Source: Catajapyx aquilonaris (Eukaryota). Taken from it: a stretch of 64,000 nt of DNA. This document shows, piece by piece, positions 48,380-63,700 of the stretch (its first letter is position 1; each line of letters opens with the position of its first letter). The DNA lies in NCBI GenBank assembly GCA_000934665.2, contig JYFJ02001311.1, positions 1-64,000 of the forward strand, given 5' to 3'. The position numbers and the translations under genes are program-made. The notes under the pieces are model-generated. The model made no database searches, was not told the DNA's origin, and saw nothing but the letters and a program-made list of their open reading frames with translations.

Positions 48380-51300
48380 GCTGACCAGTGAGTCTCCTTT
48401 ATGAGCTCATACATTCATACTTTTTTACGATTTTCTTGGCTGAAACCCCCCACGCAGAGAAGCTATAAACGCGTGGGGTGATCCTTAATATGTCCCGAGG
48501 GTACGATGACCACCAGGTGCAGCCTCTTGGTGAGGCAACAATGACATCACTCTCTTTCGCGCGACCTTCCAGCTTGCGAGGTCGGCTGCCAAATCCGCAA
48601 CATTCTCTTCCTATGAGTTTGAGGTTGGCGGTTTTAATTTAGCACAAGTTCATGCCCGGTCAGTTAACATGAGGGAGCTGCAACCATCCAAACACAGAGT
48701 CAGTCTCTTGCAGAAAAATTCCATCATGATGAGACGCCGGCGCTAATATTACACTGCGGGAGTGAATTCTCTTTTTACCTTTCGTCGACACCAGACGTGT
48801 TTTCTCTCGACGCCACTATTTTTACCGTTATGACGCGTCCTGTCAAATTGGATTCCTAGACTGAAAATCCCTGCCAACAACTTAATGTATGTATATAGGA
48901 ATCGCCTAGATTCCGCCAATACCTGATGGTTTGTTGCGAACGTTTTTATCGCGAAAAGTGGGTTAGCCACGATAGGGGGTGGAGGAAAAACTGGCAAGGT
49001 CTAGGGCCGGTACCAGGGTCCGACGAGTAGTTTGCGTGTCGTTTGATTGGTATAGGGCATATTTTCCCATCCGGAGTTGCAAGACACCATGGCGCCGGCA
49101 CATTCCGATCTATCTCCGTTATTTTTGTAGTTCAACCTGATGGCCATCTTGATAACATGTGATTTGGCATTTCTAGGTATGCCATATCTGGTTAATTGTG
49201 ACACTGAGCATTGTTCTAACGCTGATAGCATGGTCATTCATGCCAGATCCGGATTCATTGACATTTGCAGCTATTCCCTTGGACATTTTTGGTCAACTGA
49301 ATTTTTTTAATAATGTTGGATACAAATTATTTGCGTTCAACCATGTAACTTACGCAGACTCATTGTGAACAAGGTTGCCAAGACCCTGTGTTTTTATCTT
49401 CAGAAAGGTAGTTACATTATCCGTTTTGTTCGTCCCCGCCCAATAAGGCACAACCTTCCTGCGACAATGCTCGTCCCTCTTTTCCGTACATGTACAACTT
49501 GGTCAAGAAAAATGGGTCTTGGTAACGGAAACCGCCTATCAAGAGGGCACAGTTTCGGAACGTCCAAAAAAGTCCCACACCGTCCCATTATTATCTAGAT
49601 GAAAGATGATGACTGGTGATATACAACTTTTGCGAACTCACCAGCACCATGCTAAGAAGAAGTGTGCTATTAACTATATTGCTTTGCGTGATTGACCCTG
49701 AAGGACGCCAATTACACGTGCTGGATCGAATTGGCCACCAGGCGATGTCTCTCACTAATTTTTTTACTGGTTGTAAAAGCCGTATTCTCATCGCAATGCA
49801 TCATGTACAGTTCACTGACATTTGTGTTTGCAGTAGCTGTCCGGTTGTCTTTCATCATATGGTTGTCCGTACCTCAACTTGTTGAGTGCATTCCTGTAAG
49901 ACCATTAGTACAACATCGCCAACAATCTGTCCACAGGGCATAACAGTTTGACCTCCGACAGGTCACGTCGGATGGTAAACAATTCGAGGAGGCCCCTGTC
50001 AGCATCTTCTGGAATGTTATTTAACGTCGCGGAACATTTTACGGCGGATGTAAATATTTCATTTTCCGGCGAATTTACAGCTGACATGGGGCCGGAAAAA
50101 AGTAGGCCATAAAAGCTAGGATTTACAGCGGATTAAAAACGTAAGCGGTTTTGGAAAGGGAATTAGGAAGCCTGCCAACTGTATATAAGACTTGCACTTT
50201 TGAGCAGGCCTGATTGACCCCCGCCGTTGGGTCGCCAGAAAGGCAGGAAGTCCATAGGAGAAGATAATAAAAAAAAATCATGATAGGCATGGCCTGCAAA
50301 AAGGATGGGCTCGTTTTTTTGGGTTAATGCCTAAGCAACCCGATACACTGATAATTTCGGGCCTGAAGCAGGAAGAGGAGTGGTTTCAATTCGTTTGATT
50401 TGCACAAAACGTGATTTTTTTCAGAGAGTCTTCCGGAGGATGGTCAAAATGCATGTTCCTCACCGGATGAGGTGGTGTACAAGAAGATAGGAAAATTTCT
50501 TAATTTCTTATCCCTATTAAATAATTTATCAATGATTTCACCTGATCACGTGACATCCTTTTGAATTAAAGTTTTTTACCACAAATCAATCAGTTCTTAA
50601 AACTAATTGGTCAATTTCACAAAATTGTCGGAAAAGTACAGTATGAAGGCCTACTTTTAAGATCGTTGCTATTCCAATAAAATTTTAAACACTTATTTAA
50701 TTAAGCAGATTGCTACATTGAACAATTGCTTCACTTTGGGTGGAAATTCACAATCTTTTTTGTACTTTAGAAGCTAGAAGTGATTAATGCTCCGCGTAAC
50801 GAAACATTATTCCTATTGCTTCTGGACACGAGACAAATTCGTGATGGCAACGCATTGCAAATTAATGTTTGTTAAAACGTAATACAATTTTAAATTGGGG
50901 AGGGAACAACCTGAGCATGCTTCCAGGTACAATCAGCCAGAGGCCAAAATCGCTGTCATTCTTTCAGGGTTTGCAATTCGGATTCCTGTGCCCCTGGGCA
51001 ATATACGTGAGGAAATGCCTTTCCGAGTAGGCAAGTTTCCCATTCCAGTTGGAACACCATGGAGAAGAAGAAGAAGAAAAAATTTGTTTCCACGACCTGT
51101 TGGCCATCCTGAGCTTGCAGTTTTCACTCTCCGCACACAATCAAAGCACGCCATTTTTTAAAGCTTACAAAGGTTGCCGCACTCCAGAGCACATACCGTT
51201 CAAGCGCAAAATAAGTGTCGTCGTGATTGAGATGTCAGGGTGACAACTGCGTGAAGTCGAAGAATTCGGCTTTCGCTTTTTTTTCTATCACTCTATTTGA

Positions 51301-54300
51301 TCCATACGTTTGAGAAAAGAGATTTCGTGCTTCGCTGTGTACCAATAAGTGGTGTACGGTAATTTCCTGTTCATGTTGCACGAATCGAGCTAACGGAACG
51401 GGTATACCGAAAAAAGCCCTCCTGCACCATATTAATGTAAGTCGACCCTGCAAAGAGTCGACCTTCACGGTACATTCTCATAGCATGTCGGCACTCGAGC
51501 CTATAGTGCTTGTGGTGTAGAGATTTTTCGCGATGACACTCGACCTCGTGACTCACCGGAATTCGAGTAGCCCAGCAGATGTTATGCCTGCTGCTTCACC
51601 AACCTTTGGAACTTTCGGTTTCAAATCTGGCCTTAGGGCGTGCAATAATTCGCAAACGTTGGGGATGCCATTTTTTGATCATAAAAATTCCATATACACT
51701 TGTAACGGATCTTGCATATACAAAAAAAAAATTGTCCTAAAATCTGGTTTCTCCTGGACCACTCCGCCATTCATTCACTACATGCTAACAAGCATTCACT
51801 AGCAGCACAGCAACTTCTCAAGCCCACAAAAAAAATTAGCCCTCATTACCAAAGGTCTCGAGATATATGAGCATTTTGGCATTGACCCGACTTTGGATCG
51901 CCAGCACCGGGGGTACCGTAAATCTCCTTTAAAAAATCCCTATAATCCCACCCACCCCTCATTTTTTTTCTCCATACCAACCAACCGAAGGCACGACGTC
52001 GCTGTTTCTTAAGTTGAATGACTCGTCTGCCTGTTCATCCTCGCCGAAAAGCTGGTTGTATCCACGAGCGACCTTCCGGGTTCGCAGCCCCCAGCGGCCT
52101 TAACCCATAGGTCGCCTAAGAAGAAAAAAAATTAAAAAGGGAAGAATACACATACGCGGGCCAAATCGGTTATGACACACGGTATGTCATTTTCCGAAGT
52201 GAAAATATAGCAAGACGTCAGTAGAAAGCATGGGACGGTCCATTTGCGTTATGTGCGTCACTTGTTGGGAACAAACGCATTGGAGAAAGGTTATATTGTC
52301 GGACCTGACGCATATTATTCGGGCATAGTCTCTGATATCAAGCATAGTTTGTGCCTTGTTTTTCAATTGTGGACGCACGTACTTTCTCCGGTCGTCTTCT
52401 CGGTCGAGAGTAAAAGTGGTAATGATGGATGGGGACGTGATGGCACGAGCCTCTGGGAATTCCTTAGGTAATCACATGTGTACGAGAGTCATGCCGTTCA
52501 GCGCAATATATACTGTACATTGGACGAGTTTAGGCCATAAAAATAACCGTAGCGTAAGGTTCGAGTATTATTATTATAGGTTGGCATACCTTTTTTTAAC
52601 GTTTCGAACTGTTATCTTAATGTGTGGTCTCGACGAAAAAAGCAACAGTACTGATCTTTTACAGTCCCATGTTTTTAGGTTTAATTAAGGAAACTGTACG
52701 GAAGTACCGTATTTTTTATTATATTTGTCACAGCACGTATTTATTAGTTCTATTTTTTGCATATTTTTCCATTTGTAATATATTTGGTATAAGCAGAAAT
52801 GTGATAAATAAATTGTAGGTCGTCTACTTCATACGAAATTAAATAGTGACACAATTTATGTATTCTATTATTTATTTACTTAGCGAATATTTACTTAAGT
52901 TTATTTACTTTTCCTCGCATGATAGTGCAAGATTCCAAGGAGCAATAAACTAGTTTTTTTTCCACTATTACGCCACACCATGCAATTTATACATCCTCCT
53001 CGTAGACGTTGTTTTGTACATTCACTTCAAATTTAAGCTAAAATATCACTTAATAAGTATACTATCCTAAGCACGTGCCGTGAACCAGCCGGATTCAATG
53101 GTATTCTCCGAGCTTGACGGCCTCGTAACAATAATTATAAATTAGGAAGGTTCGTTCATAAAATCCTCACACACCCCCCTTCGGCCCTTTGTAGTTAAGA
53201 CATTACTTTTCCGCCGCCTACGACGCCACAAACGGAACTCAGGCAAGTCCCCAATTTGCATTCATGAATAACAACGGACGGGGCTTTACACCATTGGATT
53301 ATTTCCAGTCCCCCGAACCTCTCCACCAGGTCCTCCTCCTCAGACTTGAACAAACCGGACACACACATGTATGCGTTACACGTGAATGTGCAACGGCCGC
53401 GGATGTGACTCATCTTCATCCCCCCAGGCCGCTTTCCTGAGTTTATTTTACCTTTTTTCGCTTTTTTTTCGTTTTAAAGTACTGAGGAGCATAAATTGAG
53501 GTGCAGTGTACTATGCAGCCATGTGGTAGGCGGATCTAATTTCAAAGCTCGTTAAAACATGGTTTAATGTTAGGAGCAGATATGCATGACCAAAAAAATG
53601 CAGCTTGTGCATTCAAATCTTCTGAAACATAAATTAGGCTCTTTAGTTGTGGGTAGTAAGTAGAGTAGTGAGGGAGGTGGCCAATAATGTTACAGTATTT
53701 AACTAAATAGTTAAACACAAGTCATTTACGCAATATTTTGATTTTATAAAATAGTCCAACAGTCCAATAGGTATTGTTTACTCCAGCAACCAGTAGAGAG
53801 AGAGAGACAACATTCGTGGCTATAATAACTTCACCTTGGCTACATCTTGAGGTAAACAATCCATAACTTTCCCTCCCTTCCATTGTGGACTATAAACCTG
53901 AGCACAATCCAGTACTCCTGGGCTAAGCTCACTGGCTGGTTTCTCTCTCATTGCTGAGTCTATATGCAATCCGCTGTACAATATATCCATGGTTTCCTGT
54001 ACTATCCAGTGCTCGTTTCGCATCGCACTCGATTCCACACATTCAATGGATGTTACCATTGCGGAATCAGGGTTCTGCTAAGAAACAATTCTGTTCGCTA
54101 TAATTGTGGTTTCAAACTTGTGCAGATTTATAGACATGCATGGGTGGGAAATAATGTCATTTCATTCTTTAATAACTATTTATAGCGTGGGACTGTGATC
54201 TTACTGCTATCAGTGCTTGTGCAATGTGTAGTTAGTCAACTGGCTGCCTTTACATAGTGTTTACATACACCAACTTACACAAGTTATCTGACTAGATATT

Positions 54301-57300
54301 TCAGGGCCAGATCATGCTGTATAATTTATTATGGAAAACAGGCAAAAGTGCGATAATAAGTTCTATTAATAATTCATCGTGTGTAGTACTGCATAACTTA
54401 TGTAAGAAGAGGCCTGTCTACTACTTTATTAGAAGGTTCCTGTATTATGCATATCATCGATGATGTGTTTATTATACACGCGTTTTATGCAATCCTACCC
54501 GGTGTCTGGACATACCAGAAAAGAATGTTTATCTTAATAATTATAAACGCGCAGTAATTTTATTACCCATCGGCATGTCAGGGTTGACCACATACTCAAC
54601 TACTTATTTCGAATCTTACAATAATTTATTCACAAGGAAGTTTTTTTTTCTCCCTCACAGTTTCAACACAACTCTGTCGCCTTAAAAAAATCGACCTTTC
54701 TGAAACAAGTCTTTAGTACAAGCTGTTTCGTAATTATACAACCCCACCCCTCATAACCATTAGTTACGGTGAACTTGAAAAAAATATATTTATAATCATT
54801 TTATGTGTGTCACGGCAGAGAATCATCCTTCCCTAGGAGGCAAATCTTCAGGTCACGGCAAACATCTTCCGTTTTCTGCCGTACACGTGGACTCATAAAA
54901 AAGGCGGGGGTGTGTTATTCTCAGGATTAAACCAGGCCATTTGTAATCCTACCACTGATTCCTGCCCCGCCTGTCTCAAACGACCAACAAAGCTCCAAAA
55001 ATGGTCCAGACCCCAGACAGAACCAAAAAGGGATTATATTTTTCCACCATCCAATTTTTTTTTTTTTTTCAAAGATGTCAACCTGTCTGGAATGGAAGAC
55101 CTGGGAAAATATGTGCAGCTGCGGATCGGACTCAAACACTAAAAACATGACTCACTGCCATCACACCGTGTGACTAAAGAGCTTTGGTAGTTTAAATAAA
55201 AAAAGAAACGGGAAACCGGTCAGGTTTTTTGCATATTTTTCATGGGGCTGTTAAAAAAAATGGCATGCTGAAGCTTCGGGTTTTTGTATGGTGGAAGGTG
55301 TGCCGAATGACTTCATCTAATATGTATCGTCTAAAGGTCAGGGTTGTTGCAGGTTAGTCTAAAGATAGTTATGGAAATACCCCCTGCAGGGCATACCTGC
55401 GAACAAAGAATGGTTGCCCACATTGGAACACAGTGTTACAAATTTCAGAGGTCGGTCCTTGTATTTTTTGTGTGTGTGTAACATTTGCTATAATTCTAGT
55501 ACAATTTATTTGCAGCTATTTATAACCGTTTGTTTGTAGCTGCATTAAGCATGCTCAGTGAGTTGGAAAATTTTCATGGGCATACAGTATACCGTTAGCT
55601 TTTATGTTGTACGCTAATAATAGCTAGTCTGCAAATAACCAAAATTAAGTCGAATAATAAATGAGCTGGATTGTTACTATACCGCTGAGATGCGTCAGTT
55701 ATGACGTCCTCTAATTTTAGCCCGAAATATGCGGCTAAAAATAAGGCAAACTAACCATTTTCCATTCAGTGACCTGCTAACTGTTACTAATTTTTGTTTA
55801 GACATGGGGCACACTCCCATATCAGAAGCAGCTGCCGTTTTTCCACTTTTCTCCCCTCAGCCATTGGATCCCATTCCGAATCGTCTTTTCCAACATATCG
55901 CAGAGCAGCTGGCCAAAATTTGATGCCTCCCATGGGCTGTTTGCAAGCAGCTGCAAGGGACTCCCCTGAGAGGAAAAAGGGAGAAGAGGATGGCACCCCC
56001 CAAGCCAAAGAGCGATGCCATCAAGAGTCCACGGTTCAGAAACGAAACCGTGGCCAAGGTCTGCGACCTTAGCTTTACAGCTGCCTGGAATTATTGGGTG
56101 AGACCTGCTGTTTCGCACGTGGCCCACCCTCTAGCAATGGTCCTTTCAAAGGCAAAACCACATGCGAGTTATATCAGGTTGCAAGATCGGATCCAAAATG
56201 GGTGCCAATGGCCTCTGACAGCTGGCATTCTAATTATCTCAACAGCGGTCATGGTCTTTCTAGCAATCATTTTTTGGGTACAAATTATACGCACAACGAT
56301 AAATTAAAATCCTAATTATGTGACCAGCTGTTTTCTAGTAACTGATAAATCGTTTCTAACTATTTCCAAGACAGGTATTAACGACAATTAATTCTAGGAA
56401 AATGGGCGTGAAATGGGCAACGAACACTCAAGTTTAGTATCATCCGACATGAAGCCGGATCTGTATACATTATGACCCCAAAAAAAAGCCGGACTTCCCT
56501 TGGGTCTGGAAATTCAAAACCGCACTTTTCTGGGTCGTCTTTTGGTCAAAAAAGGAGTGATTCAACCGGAAGGGAGTGTCACCAAAAGCATGGCGACATA
56601 TATGAAAAAAATGATAAATTCGCATTATTATTAAGTACGACAACTGGTCCAACGACATTCTTCCACTTGGTCGACTGAACTGAAGTGCATAGGTGCGTAA
56701 AATAAAGTGAAAGAAAATAGAGACAATGGCGTATCTACATGAAGAGGACTTTGCACCCGGATGACTTCCTGAGTTGAAAAATAGTCTAGTCGCGTGGACT
56801 GTTACCACAAGCTTGATTAATGCATCGTGGACTGGCCAACAGTAAGGGAAAGTCACCTGAATTCATAGCAACGTGAACAAAATGATTATTACAGTTACGC
56901 ACCGAATTACGTGGGAAATGGGACGTATAGCGTGAAAGTGAGTAACAAAGGAGATGAGTGTTTTCATAACTTTTGCGGCTGCGGCTTTTTTTGCCTAATT
57001 TCCTGAAAAAATTGGATGAAAAGTGAAGTTTTGTAACAGTGTTTTTTTTGCCATTTATCAAATTAGCCAAGGCCAGACCCCATTTCAGTAACCCCAAAAA
57101 AGGGGCATATCCTCCCGCAACCGTGACCTGGCCAAGTTGACCTCCAACACCTCACCCCTTGACTCTAATTCGCTCTTGATTGATGAGGCTCGTTCTCGCC
57201 TCGTAAGCAGAATCCGGTCCAGATTGCAATCCTGATTTTTTTTTTTGCAAGTCCCATCCTTTTTTTTTTGCACAACCCGCACCCCTGACAATGCTAAAAG

Positions 57301-57768
57301 GCTTGACCACCCTTGATAAAACTCGAATTTAAAACCAAGGCCGCATAAATATCGCACGTTGCCATTTCTTGCAACTAAGCGACGACTGATTTTGCCATCT
57401 CACTGGCGCCGTACAGACTTAGTTTTAAAAAAAACTATTAAAAAAAAATAGAAATGGGGGCAGCAGGAGTTATTAATTTATTTTTCCGGAGCACTCTCTC
57501 AGATTGACAAATGAAGCGAGAAGCCGAACGTCTTCACCTCTCAGCTAATTCCGACGAGAACTGTGGCACGCTGGAGAATATTTTGCAAACACTCTTTGCC
57601 TCATCCATCACTCTCCAATGGTGAGATTCCAACAGCTTTTCTGGGTCGAGCATTTTTGCCAAGGATATAGCCCTGAAATTCTCCTAATTGCTTAACCATA
57701 CTCGGCAACTTCTGGGTCTGCTCCAGCATCAACCATCTATATAAATCTATTCAGTACACTATGGAATT

Positions 57769-57792
57769 TTAATTAATTAATTAATTAATTAA
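57769..57792. repeat. (TTAA)6 self-complementary microsatellite
   Basis: Direct read. Confidence 0.9.
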
Positions 57793-60700
57793 CTTACACT
57801 AGTAGTAAACACGTTGCCAAAATTTGTAGTATATGCTACAAACAGATGGCGCGCATCCGTCCTCTCTGTACACTACTGCCACTCAACGAGGAAAATGGTA
57901 ACTACATGCACGTAGGTGATGAGTCAACGCGTGTACCAAGCTATAATAAGTCACTGAAATTGTTTAATTAGCAATTTTTAGTACCTGGGAACATACCAAT
58001 TGTGTCCAAAATTATTCTCAGGATTCTATAGGCTAAGGGGTTATTTTTCATGGCGACTTATTATCTGGGGCTCATTGGGACGCCGGAATTTCTGAGCAGA
58101 TTTAAATCAGCGGCCTTCGCTTTTACAGGGAGTGGCTGCCATACCTCGACTGCTAGGCGAATAGGGCGAAAGGGGACAGAAGCTGTAATATTTTTGTCTG
58201 ACACATGCACGGTAATAAAGCCTTCCAAACTGTCACACCTCTTTTGAAGTCTTAATCTAGTTCAAGTTGTGGGTCAGTGACGATATGTGGTCTCTTTTTG
58301 CAAAAACCGGATGCGGATTCCTGAGTTGGGCCTACAGCATGACTACATCAGTGTGGAGCGACAAAGAGAAAAAAAAAAGCATGTGCTGATTGAAATTTGC
58401 TGGCTGATTGGTTGAGGCGAACATGTTGTTGCCACCTGTACAGCATACTAGGTCATTGTTGTGCATGTTTTAGTTTGGGAAAATAAATGAGCGCAAAAGA
58501 TGGACATTTTCTTTCAATTGCACAGTGGTGTTGCCCAGTTCCCAAACAGCAATTATTGTGTTACTTTCTCCGAATCTTTCATGCCATGCACCCCCACACA
58601 CTTGCGGGGTTGCCAAGTAATGAAAATTAATTTCACAAAAATGGGCGTGAAATGGGCATGAAATTGAATACATGGCTAATTAATTAATCATTCTGGTGGG
58701 CCACCCCACTGACCTCTCCTTGTGCGGCCTATACCAATGAAAGATTTGGTGTCATTGCTTCAGAAAATCTGACCTCCAATCATGGCCATGTCTACGTGTA
58801 GGCTATACATGTGAGGAATTGAAATGATCGAAATTAAGCAACCCATTGTGTAATACAGTCCTTGTCAATAATCATCAATTATTACTATCCGCGTCTGAAA
58901 ATAAAATATCTCATAAGCCATAAGGAGTAATCTGACCTTCACATTTCTCATGCTTGCATGAACAGTTCGCAAATGTCTAATTTATTAGGCAAATATTTTC
59001 TGCTTTAATTATCAACTTGGCTGAGTGTCTACGTGATGCTTACATCTCTCGCAACCTACTGACTCCTTGAAATGGCATAAACAAAATAGTGTCGAAACTT
59101 TTTACGAGGCCCGACCTAAATATCTCCTCAAAGTTAAGAAGCTAAAAGAAAAATCGTTCGTCCTTGAATAAGAAAAATTCCAAGCTAAACGCAGGGATCT
59201 CATTACCTAAACATGAGGTGTAAAATCAATTACAGCATTGTCCATGTAACTGTCACTTTCTCTTTTCGTATAGCCAAGACGAATGCCACGTGGGCTTTTA
59301 ATGAGAAAATGTATTTCGTTCCTTTTGCAGTGTGGAACAGGAAACATGCAGATCCCCCCACCAACTTCCCAGTTCATGCCTTGGGCGACATTAGAGACAT
59401 GCCAAGTAGGCCATCAAGTTCTCAGCAATTTCACCACCTACCCTTATTCCCAAAAGCATAAGTCAAAATGTATGTGATTGTCTTCCAATTGGAAATCGGG
59501 TTGATATCGATGTTTGAATGAAGGTGTGTGCTTGTTTTGCATTCCTGAACTCGTTAGTTTCAACATTAGCTGCCAAGTGTTGGGCAACCAAAGACCATCC
59601 ATATCAGTTATGACAACCTCATAATGCAACTGCGTAATAAACGGCGCTTATTGTCCCGGTGGCTGTGAATTCACGAGATCGGCCAATCATTGTGCCAAGA
59701 TGTTTTGGGCTTGCCACTTTGAATTCTAGACATGAAATCATTATTACATCACTTATGGGCGTTGCACGTGGCAAATCTCATCAGACGCATCTCACCAAAT
59801 ACACACAGTAAAGTTCAGTCATGGATTGTTTTCTCCAGCAGCAAGTTTAATGAGAAGCAACACGTAAGGTCACTTTCACTTGTCGTGACAGTTTTCAGGC
59901 TGCTGGAGCGAACAATCGGTCATAAATTCTTCATCACCTCTACCCCCCCTGAGTACGCTTCAGAAGTGCACCACTTTATATGCATCAGCATAAGTCAAGT
60001 TTATTCCCACATATCGCTCTGGCCGTCTATATAATTACAGCTTACATTTTAACTGGTTCTGGTGTCCTTCACCAAGAAACTTGACCCTGCTGAATATGTG
60101 GTGTGCTGACCACCCCGAGTCTTTTGCACCGATTCACGTAACGTGATGCCCCCAACTGCAAATTTCTTCTACCTGGTCAAGCACGCAAGAGAGCCGTCAG
60201 GTTCACTCAGCATGCACTGTCCCATCTAATTTACAGCCAGTTTACTTGGACCTTGATGAGGACCTTCCTTGGTATGCAGCAGAAGAAGTGGAAGAAAAAA
60301 ACTGCAAGTTAAACCAAACCTTCTGGCATTTAACAAAAACCGATCGTGACAACGTGTTGCCACCGATTCATCAGGAATGTTTGCAAGGATCGGTTCTCAC
60401 GCAACATAATCGGATCCCGGAGGCCTTCAGAACCGTTCTGACCTTGCAAAACATTTTCTCATGAGGAAGAAACAAGAGAGGCCCATGCAGCACGTGCTGC
60501 AAATCAAGCCACGTTTACGGTATTTGATTCAACCCTCTTCTTATCTATCGAATGTAACATGTACCGTAAACTTTTCCAACACAAACCTCAGAGTGTAATG
60601 CACCAGGTCTGGTTTTTTTGGGGGAGAAAATCAGTATGTACCCTTTTTCATCGTTGAACTTGACCCTCAGGTTGAATCACGATTTGGGTTCCATTCGTGC

Positions 60701-63700
60701 ATTCAAATCTTTCCTTGTTGGCACGTCCTTGTTTACATAACCTTCCACATATGCAGTAAGGGGTTGTGATGTGTGCAACTTATGCAATCAACCGGCCAGT
60801 TTCGCCTTTTTCGGGCTCACCCATCAGGATCCTTCTGAAGGACGTCTGGCTAAGGAAGGAGTGACCACCTTATGTATAGGAAGAAAGAAAAAAGACAAAA
60901 CGCAGTAACTTTTTCAGAGACAAGTTTCATTTTCTGGTGAAAAATGTAAGGTCACTTCCTGTAATAAATTCACTTTTTTTTCATGCTGCAATTTGTCGCG
61001 GAAGATACCAGACACCGGTTACGTAAATCATGGCAGATGACCTCTGGTTTTCTTATTTTTGCAGGATTTTTTTTTCCACGAAATTCCGGAGCGAAAACAA
61101 ATATATCTGCTGCCACCTGTTTCAACAGGAAATTCTTCCTTTATTTCAACAAGGATTGGCAAACCAAATAGGCGTGTGTTTTTTTTATGTCAAAATGGTG
61201 GCTGCTGGGCATAGGTGAATGGATCCATTCCCATGGTTGGAAAAAGACTGAGTAGAAGCAAACTCATTCTGGCGTAGATGAAACTAGCTTGGTGGGAAAA
61301 CACAAGACCAAAACAGGTGTGGTTGTCACAAACTTGCCTTAATTGCAAGGTGCATTTTGTCAATGAGCCAGTTTTTTTTTGCATCATACTCTTGCAAAAT
61401 AGCGTGTATTATTCGACGAGTTCAGCAGATGCTATCATGTCGCCTGTATTCTTCATTGAATCACACAGGGTGGTTTAATTATTGGGGGGGGAAACCGGTT
61501 GCCTTTATTTGTACACCACTGGCAGCTTGTAGTTGCATGGACTTACTCTCATGCTGATAGAGAAATTTATTGGTAAAATAACTGCTTGTTTATGTCATGT
61601 TGTGTACATACACTTCACATTTTGGGCACGTGTTTTGTTTCCTTCCCCGCCGAACCCTGGCTACGTCACTGTGTAGATTTCATATAATATAATAAACATA
61701 TAAAATAAACAGCAAATTACTGATGCTGTGCATGATCATTTTAATACAACTGTCGTGTATACCGGAAGCATCCCACTGACTTATGAAATACCTGACCGCC
61801 AAAATGACGCAAAATTATTGCCATAATACCATGTGAATTACATTGCGAATTTCCTGGAGGTCAACTACTCCAAAACAAAAAAAATAATGACGTCGAGCAA
61901 AATCTGACTCCTATATCAGTAGGGGGTTATTTATTCCCCCAAACTTGCTTGGAATGGGGAAATACTTTTGCCTTTTCCTCTTTCAACGGGCTGCCTTCTC
62001 TCTCTGCACTTTCTGGCAAAAAGGTATGGACATGTTGGCCCTAAGCCCGCCAAACAAACAAAGAATTTGCTATAACCCTCTGGGGGTCACCGATCGGGAG
62101 ACGACGAAACACCATCAATTTAAAGCTCCTTCTTTTTCGCCCCCCCCCCCTCCTTGTATTTTTGGACATGTGCAGTGAGTGAGGTCAGGGCCTTTTCCTA
62201 TTTTGAAAAAAAAGGTGCAGGTGACGACCACAAGGAACGACTATACCGAATGATGGAAATGGGAAGGGTTGAACTTCCGGCACGTGTAAGAAAGGTCGAT
62301 GGCCTCTGTAGTCCAGTCCACAAATCCTTCATTTTTTTTTACAAATGCATGTTACAAATCTGTAAAATACACGTGAGAAATCGCATTTGTAATTGTCATA
62401 TTACAGCATTCTTAGCTCATTAGCCATGCCGCGCGTGACTAACGTAATGTCTCCGGAAGCTATATTTTGGTTCTACTGGGGGCTATAGACGGCCTCTTAA
62501 AACCTATATTTGGCTAGGGGGGGAGTCAGCGACAACCCCTATAGACTTGACAAAAAAAATAGTCGAAAAAATGAGTCGGCGATAAATTCTTCAGAGGTTG
62601 GAACGATGAGTCCAGAGCGCGGAAAAAAAGGGACGTGGCGCCTTCCTGGGAGCTCCCTCAGGATCCAGTGACCCAAGCCTTGCCAAGGAGATAAATAAAG
62701 ACATACATACCCACCCATGCTACCTCACCACACCCACCACACTCTTGCAACTTTCTTTTTTTTCTTTTCTGTTTTCGAAAGGCTCCACTGCCAAATAGCG
62801 GCCAAGTCTTCCCAAAAAGGGGGCCATAAAAAGTATGCGAGAGTGTCTCAGAAATAACATGGACCCAGGGTTAGGTCTTCCCTCAGACTTTCAGGATGAG
62901 TCACACGTGATTGGCAAAACAACTGTTGGTCTCAGGCTCTTTTTTTTATAGGTCGTCTACTCAACCTTAACCTATTTGTGTCGTTTACGCGCCCAATGCC
63001 ACATTGTTAAGAGCAAAGGTATTTCCACATGAAATGTTTTTGGGAGGTGTGACGCATAGGTTTTCTTTAAAGAACTGCATATCTTTCGTATGAGAGTAAG
63101 TATGTTGTAATTGCAAGATATTGTCATCTGACCTGACACGAAAAGTCATTATTTGTCATTGATTAGTATAGAAATATAATGTATTTTTTATTTCCATAAA
63201 TTCTATGTTTAATTATTGTTTCTTTATTACCCAGCGTTGACTATAACTACTCATGTTATTTGCCTAATTTGTGCAGTATGAATCACTGCTATTTTTACTG
63301 AATAGCTTCAGGTGTGTATTACGAGCACAAAATATATCTAGACATACACATGAGATTTCAATGGACAGTTGGCATTGACGGATTGTATTCCTTTCTCTGT
63401 GTCTCCTTGAAGATCTGCAACTTCTGATGCACAGGTGTACAAAAGGAAGCTACAAAAAAGTTGCATTACTGCACGAACAGGAATTTTGGCTAGTCGCCTT
63501 TTTATGCACATCCAGTGTGCACATATGTGTAACGTCATAAAGTGCTGCATATGAATATCAGATATAATTTGGCTGGCATGTTCAAATATTTTTTTTCCTC
63601 CATGCTCCAGCACCCTGTACATATAAGCAGCTTATAGCAATTAAATGATCCGTTTTTTCCTCAACATACTTAACCCAAACCCGCTTAGAACAGATCTGCT

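Noticed and set aside
60486..60501. Perfect 16-bp palindrome TGCAGCACGTGCTGCA
   Set aside because: About one palindrome of this length is expected by chance in 64 kb; counted only as one of the E-boxes.
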